64,000 nucleotides of DNA from Amphiscolops sp. MND2022 (GCA_964187785.1 OZ076413.1:42534001-42598000), one strand, 5' to 3'; shown: positions 35,178 through 50,256, counted from the stretch's first letter. Notes: generated by a model from the sequence alone, not told the origin. Numbers and translations: made by a program.

Positions 35178-38100
35178 CCATGGTGAAACTGCTTGACCTT
35201 TTCACACGTTTTTGTAGGGTACCAAGCTAATTTTACATGATTTTTTATAAGTTTCTCAAGGAATTTTACTTTATCATGCTGCCTTTAGAATGCTTCCCAA
35301 ATTTGGCGGCAATTCGGAGCCACAAAATTTTGCAGGTTTCATTAGGAAGCAGTTTTTATTTTGAAAGCAGTTGAGAATTCATCACGTTTACCATAAACTT
35401 CAGTCACATTATAAGTTTTGAAGTAGCGTCATTGTGGCAGAGCGCCAAGCGATGCTACGAACTCACTAAAAAACAGGTTGTTGTTCAACACAAAACTGTA
35501 TTAAAGATTTTAAAGATAAAGATCATTTGCCACATGGTCTATACGTTACGTACAGTTGATTCAATTCAGTATTAACAACCACAGTTTTATCGAGCCCTAG
35601 AACATGGCGCTGCGAGAAATGCAATCCAGCGGGGAAGTGTTAATCAGCTGTATCGGGATTGCCAACATTTTGGGATTCGGCAGATTCAGCACCTAAAACA
35701 GAATGGGAGGAATGGTGGGACCTATTTGTGGTTGCCACCATTGCAAAAGATTCAATCTCAGTGACAGAAGTGTTACGGGAGGAGAGAACAACAACCCAGA
35801 GTCTTAGCACTCATCAATAACCTGAATGAGCAGGCATCTGTAAGGAAAATAGTCAGTGTTCTCTTCTTATCTTTGGGATCAGCAGCGAGAGAAAGCCTAA
35901 TCGACAAGTTTCACCACATGAGAGTGGCAACAATACGACTACGAGAATAAAAAGCAAACTGAGACGAAGCCTTCGAAAAGCCCAGAAATAGAACGCGGGA
36001 AAGATATAAATTCTTTTCACGGAAACAAAGCTCCAAGGAATCACTCAGACAATTCTGGTATACCTTGACTGGCATGGCATCAAGGTGAGATTTCGGCGAC
36101 CAAACAGAAAGCCTCATAATGGATACATCCATTCAAAACATGAATAAAAAAACTGTACAGCAGAAGTTGTGTTCGGAAACGAAAAACAATCCACAGGAAG
36201 CATTCCAATTCGCGATCGCATACGAAGAAGGCATAAATCATTATCGAGCATTTGAAGGAGGACGTGCAATCAAAGAAATCAAAAACGAACCAGTCTGTGC
36301 AGTCAACGAAAGAAAAAATCCATGAAACAGATGCGGACTAGAATTTTCCCAAAACCACCTAGCAGTGTGCAAGGCGAGGTGCAGAAATTGCGGGCTATTT
36401 GGTCATTTTGCGCGGTTGTGCAAAAAACCAAAAACTGGTAACATTGGGAAGAGGCACAATGGGGAACATAGCAGGTATAGGGCGGAAAATTTTGATTGAA
36501 CAGGCAAACGACCAATCAGAAGACAGCAACGAATACGAAGAAGACAAAACAGTTTTGCACGTAGGCGGCGGAGGTAATCAACCATTCATGATGGAAGGCA
36601 AAATAAACAACGAGTCATTCACAACAATGATTGACTCGGGTTCACCGATTACCATATTTACACAGACTGACCAAAGAAGAATACTGAAACAGGCCGTAAT
36701 CTTCGCCAGACCGCTACCGAAAACGGAGCAGTATGTGGATTACAACAACAAACCTCTGAATCTTCTTGGGTTCACGACGGTGAACGTCCAAGTGGGAAAA
36801 CGAAAGCTCAAAAATGCATGAATAGTCATCACTAGAGATGGTAAACGATCGTTGATTGGACAAGACTGGCTCACACAACTCAATTTCAGAGTCGGCGAGG
36901 CCAACGGGAATAGTGAGTACACGAACATTATTAACAACATATCTGAAAGAAAGGGAATTGAAACAAAAAAACAAAAATTTCCAAAATTATTTTTTAGACA
37001 AGGGAAAATAAAAGGATTTAAAGTTAAATTCGAGTTCAAGAAGGATGCCAAATTAACTCAACAGAAGGGACGCAGAATTCCCCTTCAACTACAATAAGCA
37101 GTGGAAGCGGAAATCGAGAAATTGTTGGAAGAAGGCCACATCAGAAAGGTGGGGAAGATCAACGACGAAGTCTTTATACAACCCGTTGTCATAACTGTCA
37201 AAAAGGACAAATCCGTCAAAATAGCGCTAGATGCCAGATCCCTAAATGATGCCATCCAAAAAGACAAATACCAAATGCCCAATCTGGACACTTTGATGGA
37301 ACAAGTGGCGGAAATCATAAAAACGACGAAAATGAAGGGATAGTTAGATTCACACCAATAGAAATGGCATACGCACATGGGCAGACAGAGTTACACCCGG
37401 ACAGCGACCGACACTGCAACTTTCAAATCATCGGGGGGCAGAGCAACGGGAACATACGCTTTGAATACTGGAAATTACGGCTTAACAATAATGCCACCGG
37501 TATTTGGAAAGATCATGGGTCAAATACTAATTAACGTCCGAAACACATTTGCATTCAAAGATCACATCTCATTGTCACAAAAAGGACAAAAGGGCAACAC
37601 ATGGCAAATATAGAAGAAGTACTAAAATTCCTAGACGAAGCGCTCATTCGTCTGAAACTAGAAAAATGCAAATTCGCAGAAGAAAAAACTGAATGGTTAG
37701 GGCACAAGCTATTAGAAAGTGGGATAAAGCCAATAGACGAAAAAATTCAGGCAGTATCCGCCGACTGCGCACAAGGAATTTGAGAGAATTGCGCTCACTC
37801 ACGGGAGCACTAAATCAAATGAATAGGTTTATTCCAAACCTAGCGAAATTGTGTGCGCCATTACGACCCCTACTGAGCAAAACAAATTAATGGAAATGGA
37901 GAGAGGAGCACGAGAAGACATTTCAAACAATAAAGAATGAAATTCAAAAAAATCACGGAAACAAAACATTTCAAAAGGAGCCAACCTCTTAAAATAGTGT
38001 GCGACGCCAGCAGAGACGGCTTTGGGGCGGTACTGCAACAGCAAACAGAGCAAGGTTCGAGAGAAACGCATTTTGCATCAAGATTTTTGACGTCATTCGA

Positions 38101-41081
38101 GCAAAAGTTCTCAATTAATGAATTAGAACTACTAGCAGTAGTTTGGACCCTTGAGAACTTCGGAAAGTTTGTATATGGCACACAATTTGAGGTCGTATCA
38201 GATCATAAGGCCTTAACATCAATTTTAAAAGGAAATAAGGCAAATAAAACTTACTCTAGTCAATTAACTCGGTAGGTAGATCGGTTACTGCCATTCCAGT
38301 TCACTGTAACACACGCACCAGGCAGAACCCGAGAAATGGCAGACTATTTCTCAAGGCACCCATCGCCGAGTAACAACAACGTGCAGGTAAAAGCAGAAGA
38401 ATTATGGAACAATTGGTTCGCAGTGAATAAAATAAAATGTGAGAAACTTGTTTTAGACGCGCAAAGCAGAAGAGATCGAAAAACGACCAATCACAGCAAA
38501 GCTTAAAGAAAAGAGCGATCGGACGGACCGCAGCGGAAAGGCAAGTGAGACAGCGTTGAGTAAACAAGAACAACAAACAATTAAGAACATAATTGCCTTA
38601 ATTTGCGAACAATCTAACAGCTCTCTATTGGAGAGCCAATCAGATAATGAGATGTGCGATAATAGCACTATTAAATACTCTGAAAAACCGCCTTTGAAAA
38701 CACTAATGTGTTATTCCAAAAATCAAGTAGAAGTTCTCCAAAATTTAGGGAATTATACATTTGCCTCTCCATTCGAAGCCGATGACTTTATCTAAAAGGT
38801 CATATCACTTATGAGAAGCCGGAGCCAACAAAAATCACCCGTCTCCCCGCGCCGTGGCGCGAAAAAATTAGATGCTTCAACCTGGACGACAACGATTTCC
38901 TGTAAATGGATGAGAGGCTAGTATTTCCAAAAACACTACGCCCGATCATACTACACAGTCTACACTATGGACACCCGGGCCGCGACAGCATGCTCGCAAC
39001 AGTAGCCAACGTCTGGTGGCCAAGACTCCATCGCGAGATCGTGGGAATCGAACAAACATGCCAGCAATGCAAAACTTCTGGTAAGAATATCAAAACGCTA
39101 TTATGGCAAAAACAAGAAGGCCAATTACCAAAATGTAATGAAATAAATCAAGAAATTGCGATTGACTTCGCAGGCCCCTTTAAGAACGCAATAGGAGCAA
39201 AAAGATAAATGTTAGTTTCAATAGACCACTACACTGGATGGCCGGAAGCAAAGTTCTGGCGAAAACCAAATACGGATAAGGTAATCGAATTTTTAAAGAA
39301 ATATATCACACGGCACGGAATCCCAAAGTCAATGAAAACAGATCCAGACACAATATTCCGTGGTTATAAAATCAAAGAATTTTGTAGAAACCGGTTCATA
39401 AATCACGTAGATTGCTCAATCAAAGATTACAGAGGCAAAGAAAAAAAAGAACGTTTAATGAGAACAATTAACGAACGGCTACGCACAAATAAGAAAGTAA
39501 TAATAACCAAAGACAAATCAGGGCTGTCAGAAATCCTCTTTGCTCTTACAAAGAATCCATCAGCTAAAAGAAGGTCGCCACATGAATGTTATACAGGACT
39601 AGAACTGAACACGATAAAACGGATAGTAACCAACAAAAGTCAATTCAATTCAGAAAACCCAGAAGTCGAGCTAACTGGAGAAGACTTCGAAACAGGACAA
39701 GATTCAACATTCATGGTCCGTGAAAGAAAGCGCAGATCAAAATTTGAAGGAGCTTTCAAAAAGCGAAAGGAAACTATCATCGAGCTAGGAAATCATATCA
39801 TTACGTTCCTTCCAGCTGGGAGAACTCAAGCCACAGTCATATCCAAACGAAACGTAGGATACGACGACCAACAACCATGCTGCTCCAATGAGTAGAATGA
39901 AAACAAATACTACCATAGCAGCACAAAAGAATAAAAGCCCAACTTAAACCGATGTGCCAACAGAGAATGAAATGCCACAAATGCGCGAAATGGGAAACCA
40001 GCCAATAGTAACAAGCGACAATGAAAGAGCCAATGAGAGTCCACATACTGCGGCACAACAAACCAAAACAGCGAAAGTCGCAATGAAAGAACTAAGGAAA
40101 CGAATACAAAGACGAAAATGGCGAAAAGAACAAAAGAAGGAAAAGAAGCAAAAACAACAATCAAGAAAACAAGCCCCAAAACAAAACGCACCACAAACGG
40201 AATCAGAATCCGAAGAAGAAATGACAGAAGAAAAAGCGCACGAAAAAAACCGAAATAAACAAAAACCCAACGAAAGAAGAAAACATAACACCACCGCCAA
40301 ACAAAACCAAAACACAAGAACAAACCCAACGACGTGGAGAGCGAAACAGAGCCAAACCAAACTTCTACGGCAATAACACATTGGTAACCCAGGAGTCCCC
40401 AAAGGAAAAACAAAACGAAGGAGAAATGCCAGAAAAGAAGGAAAAGACAAGTAACAAAAAATTGCCACAAGAAGGGGAGGAGACAGAAGGAAAAAACTAA
40501 AAACTCAGAAACAAAGAACATTGTGAAATCAGTTCACATTACTTGAAATCATCTAAACAATATACATATTTACAATAAACACAATGTAAACAGGTTTAAA
40601 AATAAATTACAAAATTTACTGAGATTTATAACCTGATAAACTTTTAGTTTTTGTGAGGGATGTGGCATGGCGCCAAGCGATGCTACCAACTCACTAAAAG
40701 AAAACAAGTTGTTGATCAACAAAACAGAATTGAAAATTTTTAAAGATAAAGATCATTTGCCACATGGTTTATACGTTACGTACAGTTGATTCAATTCAAG
40801 TATTAACAACCGCAGTTTTATCGAGCCCTATAACAGTCATATTCATGTCATATTCGACTAACGATGATTGCATGACATACGTACTTAAGAAACTTAGGTG
40901 TGAAATCAAAGTGATCGCGTCGGTGAAGAAGTGAAAGTGTTTTAATTGAAATAGTGGAAGTTGCATTGTAATCCTAAAAAGTGTTTGTATGTATGCTCTC
41001 TGAATTTTCCATGTTTGATATAAAACGTTAGCCTGTATGTTTCCATGCACCATGTAAAAAAATCAAGCGTTCTCGACTACG
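35178..41081 (+). mobile_element. CCC...GGG family element split by a gypsy insertion (35178-35432 + 40841-41081)
   Basis: Joining the two flanks restores AAGTAGCGTCAT|ATTCA as in the intact copy at 51611-52184. Confidence 0.85.
35433..40835 (+). mobile_element. Decayed Ty3/gypsy LTR retrotransposon (5.4 kb, short LTRs, possibly Mag-type)
   Basis: LTRs 35433-35604 and 40661-40835 (TG...CA); 5-bp TSD GTCAT; PBS TGGCGCTGCGAG (tRNA-Ser-like); PPT GTGAGGGA; fragments of CCHC, protease 'MIDSGS', RT, RNase H 'IVCDAS', integrase 'LHYGHPG...CQQC' and 'IDFAGP'. Confidence 0.96.
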
Positions 41082-43766
41082 CTATTTTCGGAAAAACTGA
41101 TGAAATAATAAACAAGTCATGAATGTTGAGATATAATCTATAATAATTTCAAAACTCTCTCTCAAATTTATTAACTCTAAAATTATTCCGATAAGATAAT
41201 TTTTCAATTCAGTAAAAAAATCTATAGCTTCTGGAAAATATACCAGTTAAATCTAAATTATTGCTTTCGGAAATTCGGAATTGTTACAATAAACCTATAT
41301 CTACGCTGAAAAAATCCGTGAAGACGCGGTAATAGAGCAAGTATAGGGTTGACCCGGGAATTGCTCGAACTTGACCCGATTGAATAGCAATAAACTGAAT
41401 GATTGTTCATTAGAAACTTCTTCATTTTGGCGTTCGAATATATGCGAAGTCTTATGTCGGTACGGCTTGCATCTAGTTCAAACGGTTGAAATTATCTAGG
41501 TGTTTATAATGGCGATTTAGTCGTCAGAAAAATCACGAAATAATAATCCAAAAACTGATGAAAACGGTTCCTCAAAATTGAGAGCTTCATGAACTAACTC
41601 ATTCTAGCAAATTTCAAGTCTTGCAAGTTTTCTTGATTTTCTTGAGGGTAGCCTCTGGTCATTAAAACCTACAAATTGGCATTTCAGTTTTTGATTGATT
41701 TCTGTGGCAACCGTTAGACAGTTTAATTAGGTTATAAATCTTGCAGTAAGGCTGTAAAAATCTGAAGCGGACTGTCGGGTTGAAAATGTCAAAATGCGAG
41801 TGAAAAATTCACGCAATTGAAGAAACGCAAAATGAATTTCGCAAAATTCCAATTAGATGAAAAGTGTCAAATATGCCAGTACAGAAATTCGCCCACGCGA
41901 TCTAACCACGCATTTTTTCTTCAACAACAGAAACATTTGGAATTCACGTTGCGCACAAGTTTTCATCTGAAAAACATTTAATTACCTAAATTGTCATGGA
42001 AGAGTTTTATTCTCTTTCGTGCTTTGGGGATACATTTGCTCAATTTTTCATCCAATTTCGTCTTTGATTAGAATTTATTGCCTGAAAGACTATTTTACAG
42101 AACTAAGAAAACTACACAGCTACGTTACATCATAACCAGGTAATTTTACAAAGGTGCACAGGCGAGCACCCTGCGAGGCTTAAGTCGGGGAAGTTGTTCG
42201 GGGTAGGGGGGGGGGGTGTTTATTGTGTGGGGGCATTAGGAATGTAGTGGTTATAGTAAGATGGGGGGAAATGACGCATATTGAATTTTCATTTTCCCTA
42301 TTTTAGTGTTTCTTGTTCCCAGTGTGTTGCTTAATGGAAAACATTTGCAAATTGAATGCTAATTCAACGCTTCAATGGTAAGACCCAAGCTTGAAGATTT
42401 TCCTTTTCTTTTTTTTTGCTTTTCTTTTTTGCTTTCTGTCCCGCTCGGTTGGAACCAAGGAAATAAATTAAGACAATTCCCTTAATTTTGCAGAAATTTA
42501 GCCCCGGGGTACCTGCTACAAAAGACGCACTCTTTCCAAAGGACATTGCCAACACGATGACGTGCGTAACTTATTACGTAACAAATTCTCCACGCCACTA
42601 ATGATGAAACATTTTTCACATTTTTATTCATTCTTTTCTTCACTTTCATGACGTGTGAGAGTTGATACAAATGCTATCACGTGTCAACTTGATCATACGT
42701 CAACCGAGTAGTTTTTAGCACTTCGCGTGGTGTTTAAGCAGTGCAAAAAGCGATAACTTTTATTGTTCGTTTTTATCCTCATTCCATCTCCTCAGCTGGG
42801 GAAGAAGAAACCGTGATAGTTGTTAATGATTTTACAGAATGAACAACAACTTCTTTTCCCAATGGAACACCATACTCAAGCATTTGTCGCTGTTAATCCT
42901 CCGTCCACAAAAAATTTCAGTTTGTGGCAACTGAGAATGTTTTGCATCGATCCCCGCGGAATTATTCGTAGCGGAAATTATTAACATTTTTATCGGCAAA
43001 ATTAACGTTTCAGCGCCAAGCAGCGTTTTTGCAACGGTAGACGATGACTCTTGTAGATGACTCGGTAGAATAATGAGCTTTGAACACTTTTAATTATACA
43101 CAAGATATGAACATGTCGAATATAAAAGATGCTATACAAAATTGCTGCAAATGTTTTTGGTATTTGACTCGCTTCCTGTGTATCGTGGCTTCAATATCCT
43201 GTTTTACGTCAGCCTTTGCCAATTTCTGATTTTACAGTCTCGTCACATATTAAAATGCGCTTTTTAATTTCGTTAGCTTATTTATTATATTAGCCCACGC
43301 GTTTTCGTGTTTTACCTTCAATTTCACCTCACTTCCTCCAGCTATGTGACATAATTCAGGCATGATCAGTCTTCAAAAGATTTCAGGTGTATGTTATTGA
43401 CATTGTTCCGACTTTCGAAAAGTGCTTCTTACAATTTATTTCCTAATTTCGAGTCGTCTCTCCAGAAATCTTATAAGAAACACATGTCGAAACGTAAATT
43501 GAAACATTTCAATTTTTTAAATATAGGCTCTGTGATTGTTTTGTTTTTCGAAAGAATCTCGAAAAAAATGCTGTTGCTCTAGCTGACGACTTTTTATGAA
43601 AACCATTGATTTTTTTAGTTATTCTTTGAAAAAAAACTTAAAAAAACTTTTGCAGAATTTCATTTCGAATATTTTTTTATTTCGAATTTACAACCTCTGT
43701 TATGTTCCTTTTCGACGTTTACATTGAAAGTTTCAGACGTCATGTTCAAAATAATGCTAAGACACC

Positions 43767-44299
43767 CCCTGGTTGAAACTGCATGAACTTTTTAGATGTT
43801 TTTGTAGGTTACCGAGCTAATTTTCCATGATTTTATAAAATTCTCAAAGAAACGTCCATGCATTAATACTTCACTGATTCGATTTAATTTTATCATGCTG
43901 CCTATAAGATGCATCCTAAATTTAGCGGCAATTCTGCGCCGCAAAGTTTTCCAGATTTCATTAGGACGCCGTTCTAATTTTGAAAGCAGCTGAGAACATC
44001 ACCAATTTTACCGCGATTTAAATGCAAATAAATTTTAATCACATTATAAGTTTCAAAGTAGCGTCATACTCAGCGTGTTATTTGACTACCGGTGATTATA
44101 TAAGTTACCCACTTGGAAACAAAGTGATCGCGGCTGTGAAGAAGTTGAAAGGTTTTCAGTTTTAATTCAAATAGTGGAGGCTGCATTGTAATCCTACAAA
44201 ATGTTCCATGCAGGCCTCCGGAATTTTCCATGATTCATAAAAAAATAGCTTGTATGGTTCATTGCAGCATGTAAAAAATTCAAGCAATCTCGACTAGGG
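43767..44299 (+). mobile_element. CACTA/EnSpm-like non-autonomous element (CCC...GGG termini)
   Basis: TIRs CCCTGGTTGAAACTGC / GCAATCTCGACTAGGG; homologous to 51611-52184. Confidence 0.75.
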
Positions 44300-44621
44300 A
44301 CTGCATCTTCTAAAGCAACCAGTGATAACTTTTTTTGCGTTTTCTCTGGGAAAATTGAAAACGACAAACGGTCAATTAATGATACCGCTTTTTGAACCCT
44401 GAATTAACAGACTCCTCGACATAAAATGTTCGAAAACCAACAACAGCCCTTCCAAATCAGACAATGGTGGCAACCGTTGCAAATATATTTGAAAACATTT
44501 AATTCGAAACTTTGGTTTGTTTTACCGAATTGCTTGGAAATATCCGACAAATTAGACCGGTACCCGGGTACAAACCCTCCCGAAATAACGCTCTTACTTC
44601 AAAAGTTATCCGGTGCAAATG

Positions 44622-45160
44622 ATTGAGCGACAGTTCGTTCCAAGCGACGATTCGTCCCAAGCGACAATTCGTCCCAAATCCCGAAAAGTGACGATTCGTC
44701 CCAAGCGGGAGTTCGTCCCATTTGGAAAAGCCGACAATTCGTCCCATTTGTAAAAAGCTACAATTCGTCCCAAGTAGTTTTTTCGATCAGATAATTAACA
44801 ACTTTTTGAAGATTGAAATTAAATAATTGAACAAATAGTTCCAAAAGTAGAAATGATTTAGTATTACATTTTAGGTACCAGTCTTGAAATACTGAAAAAT
44901 GTGAAAGAAGATTATCCATTTTGCCAAAATTACGTCCCATTAATTGGTGTTAATTGTTGGTACCTTCCTCTGAATGTAATATTTACGGATGACAATCTTC
45001 CAAAGGTATAAATTGACAATTAAATTGGGGCCAAATTACAGCTTTTGATAATTGGCACGAATTGCCGCCTTTTCAAAATGGGACGAATTGATGCTTGAGA
45101 CGAATTGTCGCTTTTTGGAATTTGGGACGAATTGTCGCTTGGGACGAATTGTCGCTTTAC
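44622..45160. mobile_element. Foldback-like MITE with GCGACAATTCGTCCCA arrays
   Basis: Inverted arrays at both ends; same family as 2650-3522 but without the nested insert. Confidence 0.8.
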
Positions 45161-45261
45161 GGGCGCAAAAGATCTAATTTTTCAAAAAAAAATTTAATAA
45201 TGATCGGAGTGTTTTTGAGTAAAATCTATCAATCATAGGAGTGGACAAATTTTTGACGTTT

Positions 45262-45420
45262 CATCCGGATAATATTTTTCAATATTCGGTATATTTTAAG
45301 AAAAGTGCTATATTCAAACTACTTTTGATGTTACATCCGGATAATATTTTTCAATATTCGGTATATTTTAAGAAAAGTGCTATATTCAAACTACTTTTGA
45401 TGTTACATCCGGATAATATT
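45262..45420 (+). repeat. 72-bp tandem repeat, ~2.2 copies
   Basis: CATCCGGATAATAT at 45262, 45334 and 45406. Confidence 0.9.
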
Positions 45421-45996
45421 ACTCAACAGACGGTATTGTCGAAAAAAACGCTATATCCGAAAATTCAACGTTATATCCGGATAGTTTTACTCTATAGACG
45501 TTCACATTTAGTTCACGTGGCCAGACTTGGCCGGTCCAGTAGTTTAGAAATTTCTGTAAGAAGCGTCCACTAAGCAAACATTCTGTTATTTGACAAAAAA
45601 GAGAAAAAAACTTGCCACTGTAAAGTCACGCTCATTTTCTGCTAAAATGCCACGATTAAAAATTATTCGATGCAATTTCAACTGAAGTGACAATTTTAAA
45701 ACTTTTTAAAATTGCTAGTTTCTCCTAGAATATTGGGCAACGAGATTGGCAGAAAAGCGCTCTGGCATCCGCATTTAAATGGGCCAGCGTCTAGACGACC
45801 ACATGGCACTAATATCAACCGGACGTTGCTGTCCGTAATTTTCGGTCAATTTCACAATTTCAGCGAATGTTTAGCAATGTGAAATAAAGTAATGAACACA
45901 AAGTGACGTCATTGTTTTGACGTTAGAAAACGTCATAAACAAGACAACTGTTGAGCTGATGGAATTTTTGAACCCCAATGGAATCCAGCAACAGCA

Positions 45997-46502
45997 CCCG
46001 TACTGAGATCCCATCGCAGTTCATCGATGGCCATCGCAGTCCCATGGGGCCCATCGATGGCCATCAATGGTCCATCGATGGGCATCGATGAGGTTTTTCT
46101 AACGTTGATCCCATCGATGGGTCATCGATGGACCATCGATGACCCATCGATGGAAATCGAAATTTTCCATCACAAAAATTCGTTCGACTTGGCCATGTTC
46201 AAAATTTTAACAAAACTCTGGCCATTTAAGTTTTTCATTCAGTCTATTTAAACTTTTTTTGGGATTTCGAGGGTGCCCAAATATTTTATTCAGAAATGAA
46301 GTTATACATAGTTATCCATATTATTTACCTTTGTGAAAAACCGGATTCTGTTGATTTTCCAAGGAAAAACCCCAAATTTTTTGATTCAAAAACGTATGCG
46401 ATAATTCAAATGGTCCATCGATGCCCATCGGAAAAAGTTGCGATGGCCATCGATGGGCTTCGATGGGCCCATCGATGGGATTGAATGGAGTCTCAGTACG
46501 GG
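45997..46502. mobile_element. CACTA/EnSpm-like MITE with CCATCGATGG subterminal repeats
   Basis: Perfect 12-bp TIR CCCGTACTGAGA / TCTCAGTACGGG, CA on both flanks, many palindromic CCATCGATGG motifs near both ends. Confidence 0.8.
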
Positions 46503-49439
46503 CATAGTTTTGAAGCTCGAGTGTAGCCAATGAACTACGAAATTGAAATAAGTTTTTAAGCATGGGAATTTTGACACCTTTTGATTATTCACTTTATCCC
46601 ATTTCTGACCTTCGAACTCGTTGAATTTCCAGTCTTTATTTCGCCATTGCAAGCGACAAAATCATAGCTGTTAACCGATGGTATATTTGGAGCTCTGATT
46701 TCGAAGGGACTTGCACTAGGTCAGAATGACTGCGCTCCTTGGTCTTCTGAGTTTTAATTTCTTGCCAAATGGTTTCATTTTTCCATGAACGTGGGATGTC
46801 TTCACAATTTTTTGATACTTCGTCTCAGAAAAACATGCGAAGTAGCCATCAATTCCGTATTTTTTTGTTTATTCTCATAGCCACGAAGACACCAGAACTT
46901 CCAACAAAACTGTCTAGAACTGTCAAGACTTTGTAACTTTCCAGTACTTTTTACGCATTCTTCCGAAGAAAAAGTTAAACTAATTTCCAAAAAAATACTA
47001 CCTACCTACATCTTTTGTTCTTACACTTTTTTGCTGATCGTACTTGCAGAAACAAGCTCAGAGTTTACAGAAGAACACAAAACTATCAGAAATGTATTGG
47101 TTTTGCATTCTTTGCCTTTTTCTGGGCACTTTGTCGCATACCAAAGTTTAGCACGTAAAATTGTCTGGTAAATAGTATGCTTAGTAATTAATTATTACAT
47201 CTTCGATCTTTCTGATTTTACATAACTATCAAATTGTTTAAAGCTTTCACAAAAGTTGCTTTGCACGATCGAATTTCGAAAAAAAATCAGTTTGGGAAAC
47301 TTTATTCAACAAAAACCTTCAGATAGCTCTTCTAAAGAGCGTAATGGAAAACAAGTTTTTTAAATGTTCAGCTCGTGGGATGTTTTAACTTACGAAAGCA
47401 TTCAAAAACTGTACGAAACAGCAAATAAATTGTCGAAAAGTGAAGAAGTTTGGAACTCTTGGTTTTTTTAATGTCATTTTGGGGACTTTCGGGTTTTTGT
47501 TTCAAAAAAGTATACTGGATATTTGTGGAATGTTAGAGGTCATAGACTGAACTGCTTTAGACAGAGAGTTGTTTGAACATATTTGATAACAAACTCTAAT
47601 TACTGTCACATTTATGTTACTATACTACTTTACCTAGATCTCATTACATTTGTATATATTGATACAGAATAGTCGTAAGAGAACTCTTTGCCACCAACAT
47701 TGTTTTAAAGTAAACCAAGAGATCTTAACAATATTTTTTCATCTTCGAAGTTTTTGTTCATTTGTAACTCACAGAACCAATCGGAAACTTTACAAAAAAG
47801 ATAAAAAAAATTTGGAAAATTTTGAAATTTTTGAATGTTTTGGTGCCATTTTTGGGTCTTTCCAAAACGATGCGAAAATACAAGTATCCCACGAAACTGA
47901 GTGTGTTGTCTCAATTTTGTGGAAGAATCTCTTTCATTTGGGGCAAACCTTGATACCCTGGAAGGTCTGGAGAGTTTGTTATTTTTCTTTCCATATTGTC
48001 TCCTTGAGGTGGAAGCTCTGATGAGGAAAGTCTATTCTCAAGACAGCTTTTTTTGTCTATTTTCCGCCAGTGAATACATCGGTGTGTTTCCGCTTTTTTA
48101 TTGTCTTTACGAAATTCGCGCTCATTTTTGTAGAATTTCACTTATCTTCGATTAGGGATGAAATGTTTGTCGAAACTTAAACGCTGAACGCATCGCATGA
48201 ATGTCGTATGCTCTTTGTTATAACTGTGAAACTGTAGCAAGTTGTATTTTTTGCTATATTTCGAGTTCTCCATGAACGTTTCTTTCCTTCAGGTCAAAAT
48301 ATGATCAATTAACAAGCATTTTTGTTGATTTGGATTTCGAAATATGGCGTTTTTTCTGGTGTTTTAGTTGCTTAATTGCATAACTGAGTTTGGACATCAA
48401 TTATTTCTATCGGGGCTAAGTCACTTAGCCGACAGTGTTTTGTCCGACTGTACAATAGGCCCACAAAATAAATTAAGACTTCTGGGTTTAGTACTGAAAC
48501 GGAGTTCATATTCTGAAAGAATAAAAATAGGTTTTTATGGAAACCAGGAGGATCTTGATTCCGAATCATTTCACTTTTTGTAGCCTATTAAATGTGAAAT
48601 AATAAACGCGTTGAATGTTATTCACAAGCAAACTTTGATACATATCTAACTTTTCATTCGATGCGAATTGTAGTTTCATAACAAAATTTGAGCATTTTTT
48701 CACTGATATCCTATCATATTCGATCGGGTCGACTAAAGGCACGGCAGACCATCAACTGCATGGACTCCATTTCTATCATAGCTTCAATTTGGATTGATGA
48801 AAACTAATACCCCAAAATCACAAAAAATCTAGTCTAATCATAACACTCGATTGTTTTTTTTTTTAAAAAAAAACAAGATTTTGTTTCTTTCTATTTTGGT
48901 ATTTTGCTCTCGGAGTAGTCCGGAAAAAATATCATTGAACTGAAATTGCGGAACTTATCAGCATTGCCGACGGACATTCGGTACATCGATAATTTTTCTA
49001 AAAAAACTCAATTTTGATTATTGTTAGCTGACTGGCACTCCTAGATAGTTTGTTTACGTCAAACTATCGCGTCTTTTTATGGAAAATCTTTCTGTCTTCT
49101 CCTATTTGCGTCAAAAACCTGGAGGGTGTATGTAGGGATCTTGTTCTCTTCTTCCTTGATGCTGTTCACAAAAAAAAGATTTAGATGTATTAACCTTTGA
49201 CAAACTCTATCATGGTATTGTCAGAATGAGATTAAAAACTGATAACAATTTTAATTGACTATGTTAGGAAGCTTCAGTAATATTCATTTGCTTTCTTATC
49301 TTTCAATTTTCTTGCAAGTATCTGAATTGAATATGACTTGTCACATCGTTATTTTGGATGAAAAGCTCAATGCAATTTTAATTCTCAAGTTTCATTGATG
49401 GGGAGATGTGCGTTTCCCAGCGATTGAAGACACGCTACG

Positions 49440-49556
49440 CTTGCCACGATCATGGTTAAGCTTGCTAAATCATGGTTAACCATGGTAACCTTGTCAAGAT
49501 CATGGCAAGATCTTGGCAAGATCATGGCAAGATCATGGCAAGATAACCATGGTAAC
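49440..49556 (+). repeat. Short-unit repeat (AAGATCATGGC-like)
   Basis: GATCATGGCAA / GATCTTGGCAA tandem copies. Confidence 0.75.
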
Positions 49557-50016
49557 ACATGTGAGCTGTATAATTGTATAATTTATTTTTTCAAAACAAT
49601 TTTTTGTCCTCACCAATTTCTGAACAAGCCGTTGTGATAACTTCCGACATAACTTTTATTTATCGAAAAAAGTTTTTTAAACTGGAAAGTATACAATACT
49701 TCTCAATAATTTGCTGCATCTATTAAACGAGTTTTGTTACTTGAGAGCACGGCATCGTTACTCCTATCATAATAATTACTATCGATAATGAAGTAAAAAA
49801 CAAACAAGAAAATTAGATTTTGCCAAATTAGTCAAAAGGGGACACTTTACATCAATTTCTTTGATGTCAATATAGGCCATCAATTTCTTTTTCTTCATTT
49901 AATAGTGTATTCAAGCCAAAATATCGGTAGCGATTAGATTAGAGCTTTCAATGAATATTATAAATGTGTTTTTCCTAAATTTGCCATGTAATTTTACATT
50001 CAAACTAAACATGTTG

Positions 50017-50256
50017 TTCCACCGAATTCAACTACCACAAAGATAGATTCGTATGATATATATCATACGAATCGATCTTTGTGGTAGTTGAATTCGGTGG
50101 AAGGCACTTCGGTAGGCACTTTTGTAAGATGCCTTTTTCAATTGTCTGAACGTATACGTTCAGACAATTGAAAAAGTCATCTTACAAAAGTGCCTACTGA
50201 AGTGCCTTCCACCGAATTCAACTACCACAAAGATCGATTCGTATGATATATATCAT
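50017..50256. repeat. Two overlapping spacerless palindromes
   Basis: Palindrome 50017-50102 (centre 50059/60) overlaps palindrome 50053-50256 (centre CGTA|TACG at 50154/55). Confidence 0.93.

Noticed and set aside
39910..40521. 203-aa hydrophobic 'membrane protein' ORFs on the minus strand
   Set aside because: Antisense reading of the A-rich 3' region of a gypsy element; Phe/Leu richness is a compositional artefact.
42196..42270. G-rich tract, possible G-quadruplex
   Set aside because: Isolated low-complexity run with no supporting context.
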